From Octopus sinensis (Eukaryota): a stretch of 63,588 nt of DNA. The position numbers and the translations under genes are program-made. This document shows, in pieces, positions 23,226-35,812 of the stretch (the stretch's first letter is position 1; every line of letters begins with the position of its first letter). The stretch lies in NCBI RefSeq assembly GCF_006345805.1, contig NW_021832012.1, positions 1 to 63,588 on the forward strand. Reading direction: 5' to 3'. The notes beneath the pieces were generated by a model. The model saw only the letters and a list, made by a program, of their open reading frames with translations. It had not been told where the DNA came from and searched no databases.

Positions 23226-24244
23226 AGTCTGTCTGTCTGTCTGTCTGTATATTTATCTATCTATCTATTCGTTGCTTTTGAAATAACTGTACTTATTTTG
23301 GTTCGTCAGTTTAAAATCGAGACCACTCCGAAGAAGTCCTGGTCACATCGAAACACGTATACATGAGTAGGTTACTTCATACCATTTGCCTGTTTCAATC
23401 ATTGGACTGCAGCCACACTAGGACGCCACTTTCAAAGATTTTAGCCCCTAGTTCTTATTGTGGTTTAAGCCCGTTACTTATTCTTCGTTTCCTTTGCCGA
23501 ACTGCTAGGCAAACGGAGACGTAAGGAAACCAACAACGGTTGTCAAACAGTGGGAGACAAACACACACACACACACACACACATGATGGGCTTCTTTCAG
23601 TTTCCGTTTACCAAATCCATTCACAAGGCTTTAACCAGTCTGGGGTTTTTTTCTTTCTACTTCATTTTTGTATCTGGTTTGCAAGGTTCTTTGTGTGAAT
23701 TCGTGTGTTGAAGTAAATTTTGTTGTGTCTCGGGAGGGTCATATTGTCTTAATGCCCTTAATAACTAACACACTCACCGGTTCGATTTCCACTCATTTAT
23801 TATTTATATTTTTTCTCTTCCAAAATTTTCGTTGCTTGTCAATGGATCCTTAAATCCTTAAATCCTTAAATCCTTAAAAATGTTTAGCCCGAAGGCCGCG
23901 GCCATGCTGGGGCACCACCGCTGTATGTTGACTCTCTTTCTTTTCTTCTTTCTTTCACTACGAAATGAATATGAATTTTGGTTATTTTTGCCAGAATGTA
24001 ACCGAACCGAACAAGAAATAGGTTTTCTTCGCCTCACGAAAATAAAACGCTTGGGCCAATCAAAATATTTATATTGCCGTGTGTATATCTGTTACATATA
24101 TAGATATACATACAGTGTATGCTCGTGTAGTCTAAATAGGATTTGTCTGTGTGTGTGTGTCGTGTTTTACATTTATGAAGGCGCTTGTTGAACATGATAT
24201 GTGTATATATATCTCTTTACTACCCACATGTGTATATATGTGTA

Positions 24245-24289
<45 letters not shown>

Positions 24290-24752
24290 TGTGTGTGTGT
24301 GAGCGTTTTGTGGCGGCGTGGTGGAATAAAAGTGTGAAATACCAGAGTGGCAGTGTAGACAATAAAACAACAAGCTAACCAGAGTTTAATAGTCAGATAA
24401 AAGGCAGTAAGTTTTTTATCGCATGCTATCCGTAGTTCTGTCACCTCCACACAATATATACACCCATCAAACTAGATATTTTACTGACAGCAACAGGATA
24501 TTTCTTCAACGTAGCAGACCCCTGTGCTATGGGAGATATTCCTAACAATATTCATCCTTCGTATATTTCTATCTTAACACTAAATATTTCAGCGTTATAC
24601 GAAATATTTCAGCGTTATACGAAATATGCAAGTTACACAATATGGAACTGTTACATGAGAGGTTTGGCCCCGATTTACTAAAATAACAATGACCGTGCGG
24701 AGGTCACCCCATTTTCATATTAAAGTCATTGCAAAAAATATAATACAATATA

Positions 24753-25200
24753 CACCTTGGGCAAGTGTCTTCTACTATAGCCTTGGAACGACCAAAGCCT
24801 TCTGAGTAGATTTGTTAGACGGAAACTGAAAGAAGCCCGTCGTATATATATATTACCGGAAAAGGTTTTAGTTGTCAATTTGTACTAGACATTGTATATC
24901 TTTAGCTGGGCTAAAAAGTCACATTCTATCACAGCACCAATAACAGCTAAGCTTCGTGCAATGGCCATACTGGATAACGAGGGGGCAGCCATCATATGTA
25001 TGTATGTTTGTGTATCTGTGATTGTCCCCCCCACCATCGCTTGACAACTGATGTTGGTGTGTTTACAGTCCTCGTAACATAGCGGTTCGGCAAAAGGACC
25101 CGATAGAATAAGAACTTGGCTTACAAAGAATAAGCTCTGGGGTCGATTTGTTCAACTAAAGACGGTGCTCCAGCATGGCCGCAGTAAAATGACTGAAACC
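24753..25200 (+). mobile_element. SINE S1, 5'-truncated and interrupted
   Basis: caccttgggcaagtgtc...; 3' module 25010-25200. Confidence 0.8.
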
Positions 25201-25207
25201 AATATAC

Positions 25208-25269
<62 letters not shown>

Positions 25270-25871
25270 GTAGATAGATAGATGGATTTGGGGTAAATAT
25301 AACTTTCTACAACCTCAGGTCGACCAACACCTTGTGAGTAAAATCAGACAGATGGAAACTGTACGGAATCACGTCCGATAGATTATTACTATAACTCAAA
25401 AGTTGCACACTGCGTCACGTTGATTCTGCTTCAGAAAACTACGTTAAAAACACATGTGAGTCCGTGGTATACACAGCCATTTATATGCTTATTCAATGAG
25501 TAAGTAATTTAGTTAGTCAAACAACTAAGTGCTCGTCGTCGTAAGTGACGAAGGACCGGCCATCTAGCCATGAATTTAAATCGGGCTGTGCTTTGACCCC
25601 TGACTACACAACAACATGAGAGAAAATAGTTTTAAATATTTATTTCGGGTGGATTGTAGGGACGAGGTGATTGTGACGGGTGGGGGTAGGGGACAGTAAT
25701 GTTGACACTGACTAATTACGTGATTTCAGTACCCACCCCACCCTCACCCCTGTAAACGTATCCACACCAGCGCCACCTATACCGTAATTGGTACACAGTC
25801 CAGTGATTACAGGAATTTTAAAATGTCCATATCTTAAGCATGCTTGGTTGTGTATGCATATATATATAATG

Positions 25872-25904
<33 letters not shown>

Positions 25905-26029
25905 AGGCAGGTGTGTATGTATGCACGAATGTTTGTATGTGTGTGTACGTTTGTTGTACATGTATGTATTTATGTAGGCGTGTATGTGTGTATGTATGTT
26001 ATTATTGAGTGAGAGAGCAGCATGAGAGA

Positions 26030-26132
26030 GTATGCGTGTATGTATGTACATTTTTATGTCTTTACGTGTAACTATGTATGTTTGTATGTATGTATGTATG
26101 TTTGTATGTATGTATGCATGCATGTATGTGTG

Positions 26133-26166
<34 letters not shown>

Positions 26167-26650
26167 TGTATGTATGTATGCTGTATGTATGTTGTATGTA
26201 TGTATGTATGTATGCATGTATGTATGCTGTATGTATGTATGTTTGTATGTTTGTATGTATGTATGTATGTATGGTATGCATGTATGTATGTATGTATGTA
26301 TGTATGTTTGTATGTTTGTATGTATGCATGTATGTATGTATGTATGTATGTATGTATGTATGTATGTATGAATGTATGTATGTATGTACGTATGTTTGAA
26401 TGTTTGTATGTATGTATGTATGTATGTATGTATGTATGTATGTATGAATGTATGTATGTATGTTTGTATGTATGTATGTACGTATGTATGTATGTATGTA
26501 CGTATGTATGTATGTATGTATGTACGTATGTATGTATGTATGTATGTATGTATGTATGTATGTATGTTTGTATGTTTGTATGTATGTATGTATGTATGTA
26601 TGTATGTTTGTATGTTTGTATGTATGTTTGTATGTATGTATGTATATTTG
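26030..26650. repeat. Long (TATG)n array
   Basis: Directly visible; source of the MYVC-type ORFs. Confidence 0.97.
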
Positions 26651-26724
26651 TATGGTTGTATTAATAATAATAATAATAATAATAATAATCATGTCAATGG
26701 TCATCATCGAACCCGAAGGACGAA

Positions 26725-26777
<53 letters not shown>

Positions 26778-27092
26778 TTGTATGTTTGTATTATGTATGT
26801 ACGTATGTATGTTTGTAGTATGTACGTATGTATATGTGTGTGTGCGTGTGTCTGTCTATATGTACGAGGGTTGCACAGAAAGTAATGCATAAGTTCACAT
26901 AACATTATTTATTGACAGGTTATTCAGACTGCGCATGCGTAAAACCTTGGGCAAGTATTTTCCAGCATGGACAGACCCAGGCGGACCAAAGCCTTGTGGG
27001 TGGATTCTGTAGATGGAAAGTGAAGGAATCTCCTTCTACATACATTTACGCCTACATGCATACATATGCGTACATATGTGTGTGTGTGTGTG

Positions 27093-27126
<34 letters not shown>

Positions 27127-27647
27127 GTTTGTGAATTTGTACCTCTACCTGGATATCACGCAATAGTTACAACACACATACACACACACACACACGTCTG
27201 TACTTACTTGTGAACATTGTCCTACAAATAATAGCAACATATGTGAGAACGCAATGCTTGTGCATGAAATGAGGCTTCGGTACAGTTTCCGTCAACCGAA
27301 TTTCACTCACGAGGCTAGGATCGTCCCAACGCTGTGGGAAAAAGACATTTGTCCTCCAACATGGTATGGAGTAAAATCGAATGCAGGAATTCGTAAATGC
27401 GACCCTTAAATTACTATCAGTTATTTAAGGGCCCAATCTTATGCACTGTGTCAGGTTGATTCGACGTCAAAATAACATTAAGATTATGTGTCTGCGGGAT
27501 ACTCAGCCAGAATATTCTTCGTCGACAGCGACGGAGATCCATTACTTCTTTCCTCTATTATACTTAGTCATCTCCGAGCCTTTCTTTCCATTCTTCGAAA
27601 TGTAATGGTTAAATAGCATTTTCCACATTTCTTTGCATTTTCTTTTC

Positions 27648-27858
27648 TTTATTGCCCACAAGGGGCTAGAGGGGACAAGCAAGGACAGACAAATGGATTA
27701 AGTCGATTACATCGACCCCAGGGCGTAACTAGTACTTAATTTATCGACCCCGAAAGGATGAAAGGCAAAGTCGACCTCGGCGGAATTTGAACTCAGAACG
27801 TAACGGCAGACAAACTACCGCTAAGCATTTCATCCGGCGCGCTAACGTTTCTGCCAAT
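27648..27858 (-). mobile_element. SINE S2
   Basis: Reverse complement of S2. Confidence 0.85.
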
Positions 27859-29930
27859 TGAGATCTGCAGTGTCTTTTGAGGTGCTGGAACTGAGAGTAG
27901 TAGAAGGCAGACAAGGTAGTGCTCCAGTATGGTCTGCTCTTTCTCATTGGCAGGTGGTTGGGTCAATCTTGTAGCCCCATCTGACCAGAAGGTTTGATAG
28001 CAAAGAGCAGACAAGGCAGTGCTACATAATATCGGGGTCTGTTTCTCCATATTCACCGGTGGCTGGACCGGTCTTGTAACCCCATCTGACCAAAGTAACC
28101 ACCTCCTCGTTCCGACATGGTTGAGTGTCTTCTACAGAATCCGAGATGCTTCTGGGCATCCTTTAGCAGGTGATGGAGACGGAGGAATTCTCATGTGATG
28201 GAAGGATGCTCCTTCTCAAGAGTTTCCATTCACCAAAATTCTGGAGTCTGGTTTCTTCACGCGGTGGTTTTAGCAGCTGGACATGACCGAGGAAGCTTCT
28301 AGCTTGCTTGACCTTATGACCTTTTATTTTGACACCTCCACTCTGGTGTCACAAAAACAGCATGTCCATTCCCTTTCTTCCCACCACCTCCATCACCATC
28401 TCTGCTACTGTTCTATTTTGATTCCATGCATGGCTTTTGTTACACATCATTTGACACTGGCATCAGTTGGCTTAATTTCGTTGCCATGAGGTTTGTATGA
28501 AGACAAGGGGTTTTAAGTCAGATTAACAACCCCCTCTGTGAGTTTTTAATTCTTGGATACCAATCCGATCGCGACTGGTCTCGGCTTCAACGATACGAGT
28601 TGCGGCAGAAAAATCTCCCATGTTTTACGCTGCTATTAACGTGATACTTGTAAAGTTGGACAAGAGACAATGTTATCTTCTGATAGCTGGTGCTTTACCG
28701 TTTTTATATCTGTTATCAGCATGTTATGGACTGGTATACATTTGTTCTTGAAACTTTTGTCAAGGACGGTGAAAGGGAAGAGGTTTTTTTTTTGGGGGGG
28801 GGGGGTTGCCGCACCCTGTATTCTTGTGTTTCAGTCATTTTACTGCGGCCACGCAGTGTGACTGAATCCGGAACTATGTGGTTGCGAAGCAAGCTTCTTA
28901 CCACACAGCTACACCTGCGCCTAACGCCACTTCAGTTGCGCATACCGAGTTTTTATTCAGCTCGGCCGGCTTTCTGCAATATTGGTAAACATGTTAGTGA
29001 ATAACATGGTTTTAGCTCCAACGGTTAAAACAAAAGCTAAATGACATATGCTAATTACTCTTAATTGAAATTTCCCTCTTTAATTGGATCGCAAAAGTAT
29101 TTTCTTTTTCTGTTGTTTGTTTAAAGAGGACGGAAGTTAACGAAGACTTTTAGCCAACAGAAATCTGCAGAATTTATAAATAAAATCAAGCAAGGGAAAT
29201 AACTCAAATGGCTCAATGGTATGAATACAGATGACTAATCCAACCGGTGATGTACTCAGTAACGTATGGTGCTCCAGCTTGGTCTTGACTCTGATTGATA
29301 AAACAAACGAAAGAACCCGGGGACGTGTATCTGTTATTAACATAGAAAAGGGTATGGATATGTATGCATATATAGACACAGACGTACACAAGTAAATTAA
29401 TATTTAAACACAACACACACACCACATTATACATACACATTCACACACACACATTAAACATATATATATATATAGTATTTATATCTATGTGTTGTGAATA
29501 TATATATATATATATATATAAAGAGAGAGAGAGAGAGAGAGTGAGAGAGATGGAGGAACCCTAAAAGGGGTCAGTCATTTTAAAGCAAGTCTCAGATCCT
29601 TTTCTCGCATCTGATATTCTAAGTCTTTGATCTTCGTTAGCGAAAACAACAACCGTTAGAAACACACACACACAACACACACATGCCCGCAAACACACGG
29701 TGTAGTGGGAGGAGGAAGGTACTTCTGGCAAGAGAGAAGGGGAGGGAGAAAGAAAGGGTAAAAGAGATAGTAAATGATGAGAGATAAGACATATTTAGGT
29801 CTCTTGGGGGCGAAGCATCAGAACCTTCAACCAAAGCGAACCGAGGTCAAATCGGGTCCATAAAGGCGAGGATTTTATATCGATGATAATGTAGCAGCAG
29901 CAGCAGTACTACTACTACTACTACTACTAC

Positions 29931-29963
<33 letters not shown>

Positions 29964-29971
29964 AAGTAGTA

Positions 29972-30010
<39 letters not shown>

Positions 30011-30162
30011 GTGATTGTGATAGTAGAAAACCAATTAATAGTGGATTGATGTTTGTGACGTTTGGATTTACAATAATGAATAATAAATGCGCCCTTTTAA
30101 AGCCTAGCCAGGCTCGTGGGTCCAGTTTTTCGGCTTCTATGACGTATGTGTTCCCCCCAGTC

Positions 30163-31778
30163 GGATCTTTTCAAATTTGTGGCCAGGACCCCAGATCTTT
30201 CTAGTTAACTAAATAATTTGAAACTTTGTGTACTCATAGAGTGGAACTAGTTTATTCGCCAGTTGGAACTAGTTTATTTGAGAAAAATCTATTTTATGAC
30301 TTTAATCGTAGATTAAAACTGCGAATTTTAACCAATGAGATTGCTTGTTTTCATATCTAAAACGTTACTGCGATCTGTTAGTGTGACGTTGAAAGCAGTT
30401 TTGTGACGTAGTTGAAGACGGCTTATAAGCACGTTCTTTTCTGCTATGTGTGTGTGTGTGTGTGTGTGTGTGATGATAGGCAAAATCGACCTCGGCGGAA
30501 TTTGAACTCAGAACGTAACGGCAGACGAAATACGGCTACGCATTTCGCCCGGCGTGCTAACGTTTCTGCCAGCTCTTTGCTTTTTTAATATTAAATTTCG
30601 GCGAAGTTTCGCTTGTCGTAGCACAAGTTTTCCGTCGATTCCGTAAAAAACTTTTATTTTTTTACATAGTAATGAGAGCGAAAGAGACTAAGAGGAAGCG
30701 ATTTTATGACGAGGGAAGTTTGTCTTTGAAGTTACCGTCTAGGGGAAGCATTGATGTACATGTGTGTGTGTGTGTGTGTTTGATGGGTGTGGGAGACAGT
30801 ATGTTGTGTAAGTGAAGTGCTTCTGTTAGTGTGTGTGAAGAGACAGAGAGAGTAATGTGTGAAAGAGAGAGATAACTGAAATTTTTTACTCGGTGTATGT
30901 GTTATATTTATGTCTGCATGTATGTGTGTGTGTATGTATCTATGTATGTATGGCCGATTCATCGTAATTACGATGAATCGGCCATACATACATACACACA
31001 CACACATACATACACACACACACATACTTACACATACATACACACCACATACATGCAGAAATACATATACACATACACCGAGTAAAAAATTTCAGTTATC
31101 TCTCTCTTTCACACATTACTCTCTCTGTCTCTTCACACACACTAACAGAAGCACTTCACTTACACAACATACTGTCTCCCACACCCCATCAAACACACAC
31201 ACACACACACATGTACATCAATGCTTCCCCTAGACGGTAACTTCAAAGACAAACTTCCCTCGTCATAAAATCGCTTCCTCTTAGTCTCTTTCGCTCTCAT
31301 TACTTATGTAAAAAAATAAAAACTTGTGCTACGACAAGCGAAACTTCGCCTAAATTTCTTGCCACTTCTTAATAGCAAACGAAAGCAAGTACTAACAGAA
31401 TGGAAACATTTTCAATTTAATACATGTGGCTTATTAACTAGTTTTAAATATTGTTATTAGAAGGTGGCTGACTATAGGATCCTGGAAACATGAGTACGTT
31501 AAATAATTAGAAGGATGCGCTTGTTTACATTTAAGATGTTTAATACGTCACGAAATTGGTGGTCGAGACGGAGTAAATAAAATAAAGCCGAATGACGGAA
31601 TATCATTGGTTAAAATTCTAATTATTAAACAACGTTAAACTTAGAAGTTACAATTCCGTTTTCATTCTGGTTTACAATTAAGTTTACTTTTGACACATTC
31701 TACCAGTATACGAAGTTTCAAATTGTTTGGTTCAGTAGGAAAAATTTGAAAAAACTGGCTTCAGAATAGAAAAGATCC
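30163..31778. mobile_element. 1.6-kb DNA-transposon-like element with long diverged TIRs (GGATCTTTTC...GAAAAGATCC)
   Basis: Inverted similarity 30163-30338 vs 31603-31778; flanks ccccagtc/cgccagtc (7/8, TSD-like); same end sequence at 38492. Confidence 0.65.
30593..31357. repeat. ~765-bp zero-spacer palindrome, centre 30967/30968
   Basis: tatggccgattcatcgtaa|ttacgatgaatcggccata; arms match out to aaatttcggcgaagtttcgc / gcgaaacttcgcctaaattt. Confidence 0.95.
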
Positions 31779-32959
31779 CGCCAGTCCATCACAGCGTTAC
31801 TCATTTTTGCCAGCTGAGTGGACTGAAACAACGTGAAATGAAGTGTTTTGCTCAAGAACACAACGCGTCGCCCGGTCCAGGAATCGAAACCACAATCTTA
31901 CGATCATGATGCTGACACCCTAACCACTAAGACACGCGCCTCCATTTGAATTTACAAACTGATCTTAATCCAGCTTCACTTTTACGGATACACATTTAAA
32001 CACGCATACACACACGGACAGCCGCGACAGACTTCCACACAGTCTCCATTTACCAAATTCGCTCCCAAGGCATTCGTCGGTCCCGGGGCTATGGCAGCAA
32101 ACACTTACCCAAGGTGCCACGCGCTAGAACTGAACCCAAAACCAATTGCACACGGCCACGCCCGCTCTCCTACACCTTATGTATTGCCTGGTATTTATCT
32201 AATCATTTGTATTTTCCTTTTGGCTCACTTTGAAATCTGAAGTAAATGCTAACGAAATGAGGGATCAGTTTATATTGAGTAATGACCTATAACGTCGAGA
32301 AGTAGTAGGGGTTCATATTTAGTTATACTAAAATTGACCCCTGCCACTACTACTACCGCCAATTTCAAATTGGATTATGAGATTCCTTAACGGTTATTAA
32401 TTAATATTGTTAATTAAATTGCTAAGTCGCCGTATTTTTTAGTGGATTCTAGAAAAATGTGTGCAATTTTTTTTTTTTGTGCCTATAGTTTTTACTCAGA
32501 TAAGTTTCGGTCGACGTTGGCCCAGGCCTTATTTTATTTAGTAGCACCACCTAGAAGACATTCACAGTCAGCTCTTGGGCACCATAGCCCATTAGAGCAG
32601 AGTGTGGGTGGTTAGTCTGGTATTTGTTGGAGGGGCCGTTTGAATGACGTAAAATCACTTTCCTCCTTTACGTCAGCTGGCACAGAGCAAGGGCAGTTGA
32701 GGTGAAATAGTTCTGTTGTAGTGTTGAGATACGACACGAACATAATTTCTGTAGTGGAAAGGATTCTTATTATATAGTCAGAAGGGAAGGTAATGCCCCT
32801 AACCCTCTACAGAACCCGCAAGACTAGTGGGTGAGTGGGAGGGAGGTATCCTGAAACTAGAAATTTGGTCCGAATGCTTACAACAGAATGGAAGCTGTCC
32901 AAGATGCCCAGGGTAGCAGATGGTAGTGTTAAAACTGGGTGACGGCTTACATAGTGAAT

Positions 32960-33235
32960 GAAGGCGCGTAGTTTAGAGGTTAAGGAATTCGGTTCAAGAT
33001 CGTAAAGTCGTGAGTTCGATTCCTGGCGACGCGTTGTATCCTTGAGCAAGACACTTTATTTCACGTTGCTCTGGTTCACTCAGCTTGAAGAAATGAGTGG
33101 TACCTGTAATTGAAAGGGCAGACCTTGTCACATTCTGTGTCACACTGAATCTCTCTCAGATCTCCGTTAAGGGTACGTGTGTCTGTGGAGTACTCAGCCA
33201 CTTGCACGTTGATTTCATGAGTAAACTGAGTCAGA
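32960..33235 (+). mobile_element. tRNA-derived SINE S3
   Basis: gaaggcgcgtagtttagaggttaagg...gagttcgattcc (A/B boxes), tccttgagcaagacacttta. Confidence 0.85.
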
Positions 33236-33459
33236 ACACACACACAAAAAAAAAAAATAGCCAGAATAAATACTGCAAAGCATCCAATGTGACATGCCTC
33301 GCACTTATACAAATCCACCACACCTTGGATTGAAACTTTTTATCGACCCTGAAAGGAAAAAATTCAAAATTGATCTTGGAGGGATTTGAACTCGGAATGT
33401 AGAGAATCGAGACAAATATCGCTCTTCCATCTCAGAGCGAAGACTGGGAACATTATACA

Positions 33460-33683
33460 TTTCTTTATTACCCACAAGGGGCTAAACACAGAGAGGACAA
33501 ACAAGGACAAAGGGATTAAGTGGATTACATCGACCCTAGTGCGTAACTGGTACTTATTTTATCGACCTCGAAAGGATGCAAGGCAAAGTCGACCTCGGTG
33601 GAATTTGAACTCAGAACGCAGCGGCGGACGAAATACGGCTACGCATTTCGCCCGGCGTGCTAGCGATTCTACCAGCTCGCCGG
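33460..33683 (-). mobile_element. SINE S2
   Basis: Reverse complement of S2. Confidence 0.87.
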
Positions 33684-33719
33684 CTGGGAACAGTATAACT
33701 TACGCCGACAGTTTGTAGC

Positions 33720-34140
33720 CGTTCTCACTACATGAAGTGGAACGCCGCAGAAACCCGCTGAGGACAACTGAGCTATGACGGTGGGACGAACAGGTATGCA
33801 ACGAACAAATCACCAGGCTTGGGTAGTCTTCCCTGTAAGCTTTTCAGTTACCCACCAGACTTGTTCACCACGATCTCGGCAGCTGTCTCTTACAACAGGG
33901 TGAGCTACTGCAAGCATTCTCAGTTGTATTAATCTAGGAGTGGTGGTCCTGCTGAGAAAGGACGCCAACAAGGCGACTACCATTGATAAAGGCAGAGTTT
34001 AAGATTTTGGCAAGGTTGCTCACAAACAGGTTAGCGCTCGTGCCTATTGTATTCTTAAGAGCGCACAGGCTTAGGCGATCCCCAGCCGATCTGTTTACGA
34101 CAAACTTCAGCTCATGCGGTACCTCACCGAGAGCGGGTGG
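33720..34140 (+). pseudogene. Decayed reverse-transcriptase fragment of a Tx1/L1-clade LINE
   Basis: Across frameshifts reads KSPGLGSLPCKLF..PDLF / GVVVLLRKDANK / AEFKILARLLTNRL / AIPSRSVYDKLQLMRY, matching the N-terminal motifs of LINE RT (KSPG, KILA..L..RL, GRS..DN). Confidence 0.8.
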
Positions 34141-35039
34141 TTATAGAACCTGGCTGCTGTAAATTTAGATGAATAATGGCAAAAATTTTGAACTGGTGCG
34201 TCGAACCATTAATTTCTTTAATAATTCTGTTAGTGGAGAGTCATTATTCGCAATTGTCTAAAAGAAATTAAAATATATTGTGTATTGTATTAGTATAACC
34301 AAATTATTGCAGGAATTTTAACAACAAAATCTAATATGGACCCTCAAGGGCATGGACCCCAGTTGAGCCCCCACTGGTCTAAAGCTTTCGGCAGAATCAC
34401 CATCGCTACGTAATGGTAACCCTGAGTGCAGCTAGTTTTCGGTCCCATTGCCAGAACCTCAATACACAATGGTATCTGTGCCGCTTAACGATCAAATGAT
34501 TTGGTAACCTATCGGAACCGTTTCGAATCCCATGTTCGGCGCATTAAGGCCGTACCCTCTCGCCTCTCCTGCGGGGGAATTCTTCTCGAACTAAGACATG
34601 TGTTTGTGTGTGTGTGTGTGGCGGCGCTTCTGCACAGTTTCCGTCAACCAACTTCAATCATAAGATTTATTTGGTCGGCACTACGCTGTAGTAGAAGACA
34701 TTCGCCCAAAATGCCAGGCAATGGAACCGAACTCGCGCCTTGATGGCAGGCCCCACGATGTCAACAGTAATCTCTAGAAACAGATAAACGAAATGGCGGA
34801 CGGGGTGTACGGGTGGACTGGAAGACATCGCAACAGGACCAGCAGCAGGACAGTAGCTGTCCTGCAGGAGGAAGGAATTGTGGGGAGAACAGGGATGGGA
34901 TGGGTGAGGTGGAATGGGGTCGGTGGGGTTTGGGGGGGCAGGGGGCAGTGTTTAATTTGGTTCAGTGAGAATGGAGTAAACAGATGTGGCTGGGAGGACA
35001 GAGAGAGACTAACGGTCGGTGGTGGGGGGTGGCGGCGGC

Positions 35040-35330
35040 GTCGTTGGTGTTGCTGGTGTTTGGGGTGGTGGTGGCGGGTGTTGGTGACGGTGACAATTGT
35101 GATGGCGATGGCAGCGTGTTGGTGACCCTTATTGTGGTAATGATGATGATGGTCGTGATGACCGCAGTCATGGTAGTGATCTTTGCGGTGGTAGTGGTGA
35201 TGGTGGTGGTGGTGATGGTGGTGATGGTGGTGGTGGTGGTGATGGTGGTGGTAGTGGTGATGGTGGTGGTGGTGGTGGTGATGGTGATGGTGGTGGTGGT
35301 GATGGTGGTGGTGCCAGCGGTGATCTTCGG
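35040..35330. repeat. (GGT/GAT)n trinucleotide tract
   Basis: Directly visible; source of poly-V ORF 34984..35382. Confidence 0.95.
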
Positions 35331-35774
35331 AATGCTATCGTTGTCGTTGTTGTTGCTGTGTAGCCCTACGTCAGTAGTGTAGTGGAAGGGGAGGGGGAAG
35401 CAAAAGGGAAGGAGAAGCTTTTAAGTGATGGAGATAGCAGTGAAATTGTCCCTTATTAGGGGATTCATCACTATTAATGGGTTACACGTCTGTATGTGTG
35501 TGTATGAAGAAGATGATGATGATGATATTTGACTCTCACGTCGAAGTCGACATATGGAGTGTTCAGCCTTTGCCGAAAGTGAATCTATTGGGTAGGCGGA
35601 AACTGTAAGAAGCCTGTCAGACACGAAACTGGGTATTAATATTTTTCGGTCGATAACTGATGAAAAATTAAGGTCCTTCTGTGCACACCCTACCTGTGAG
35701 TTTTGCACTATTCAATGCATTTTTCATTTATTGAGTAACGCCATGCATCCAGAATTTGACAGTCAGTTTTTGTG

Positions 35775-35812
<38 letters not shown>

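Larger units (their letters stand above)
30095..31945 (-). mobile_element. tRNA-derived SINE (S3 type) split into 30095-30162 and 31779-31945 by a later insertion
   Basis: Left half aaagcctagccaggctc...gtatgtgttcccc; right half cgccagtccatcacagcgttac...ggaatcgaaacc...gcgcctcc (tRNA head on minus strand); continuity of the halves rests on my recollection of the family consensus. Confidence 0.7.

Noticed and set aside
29225-29290. LIQPVMYSVTYGAPAWS resembling the LINE RT C-terminal YG...W motif
   Set aside because: Too short and flanked by stops, with no neighbouring RT motifs
32860-32920. ECLQQNGSCPRC resembling the end of a RING finger
   Set aside because: Isolated and followed by a stop; lacks the other RING ligands and splice signals
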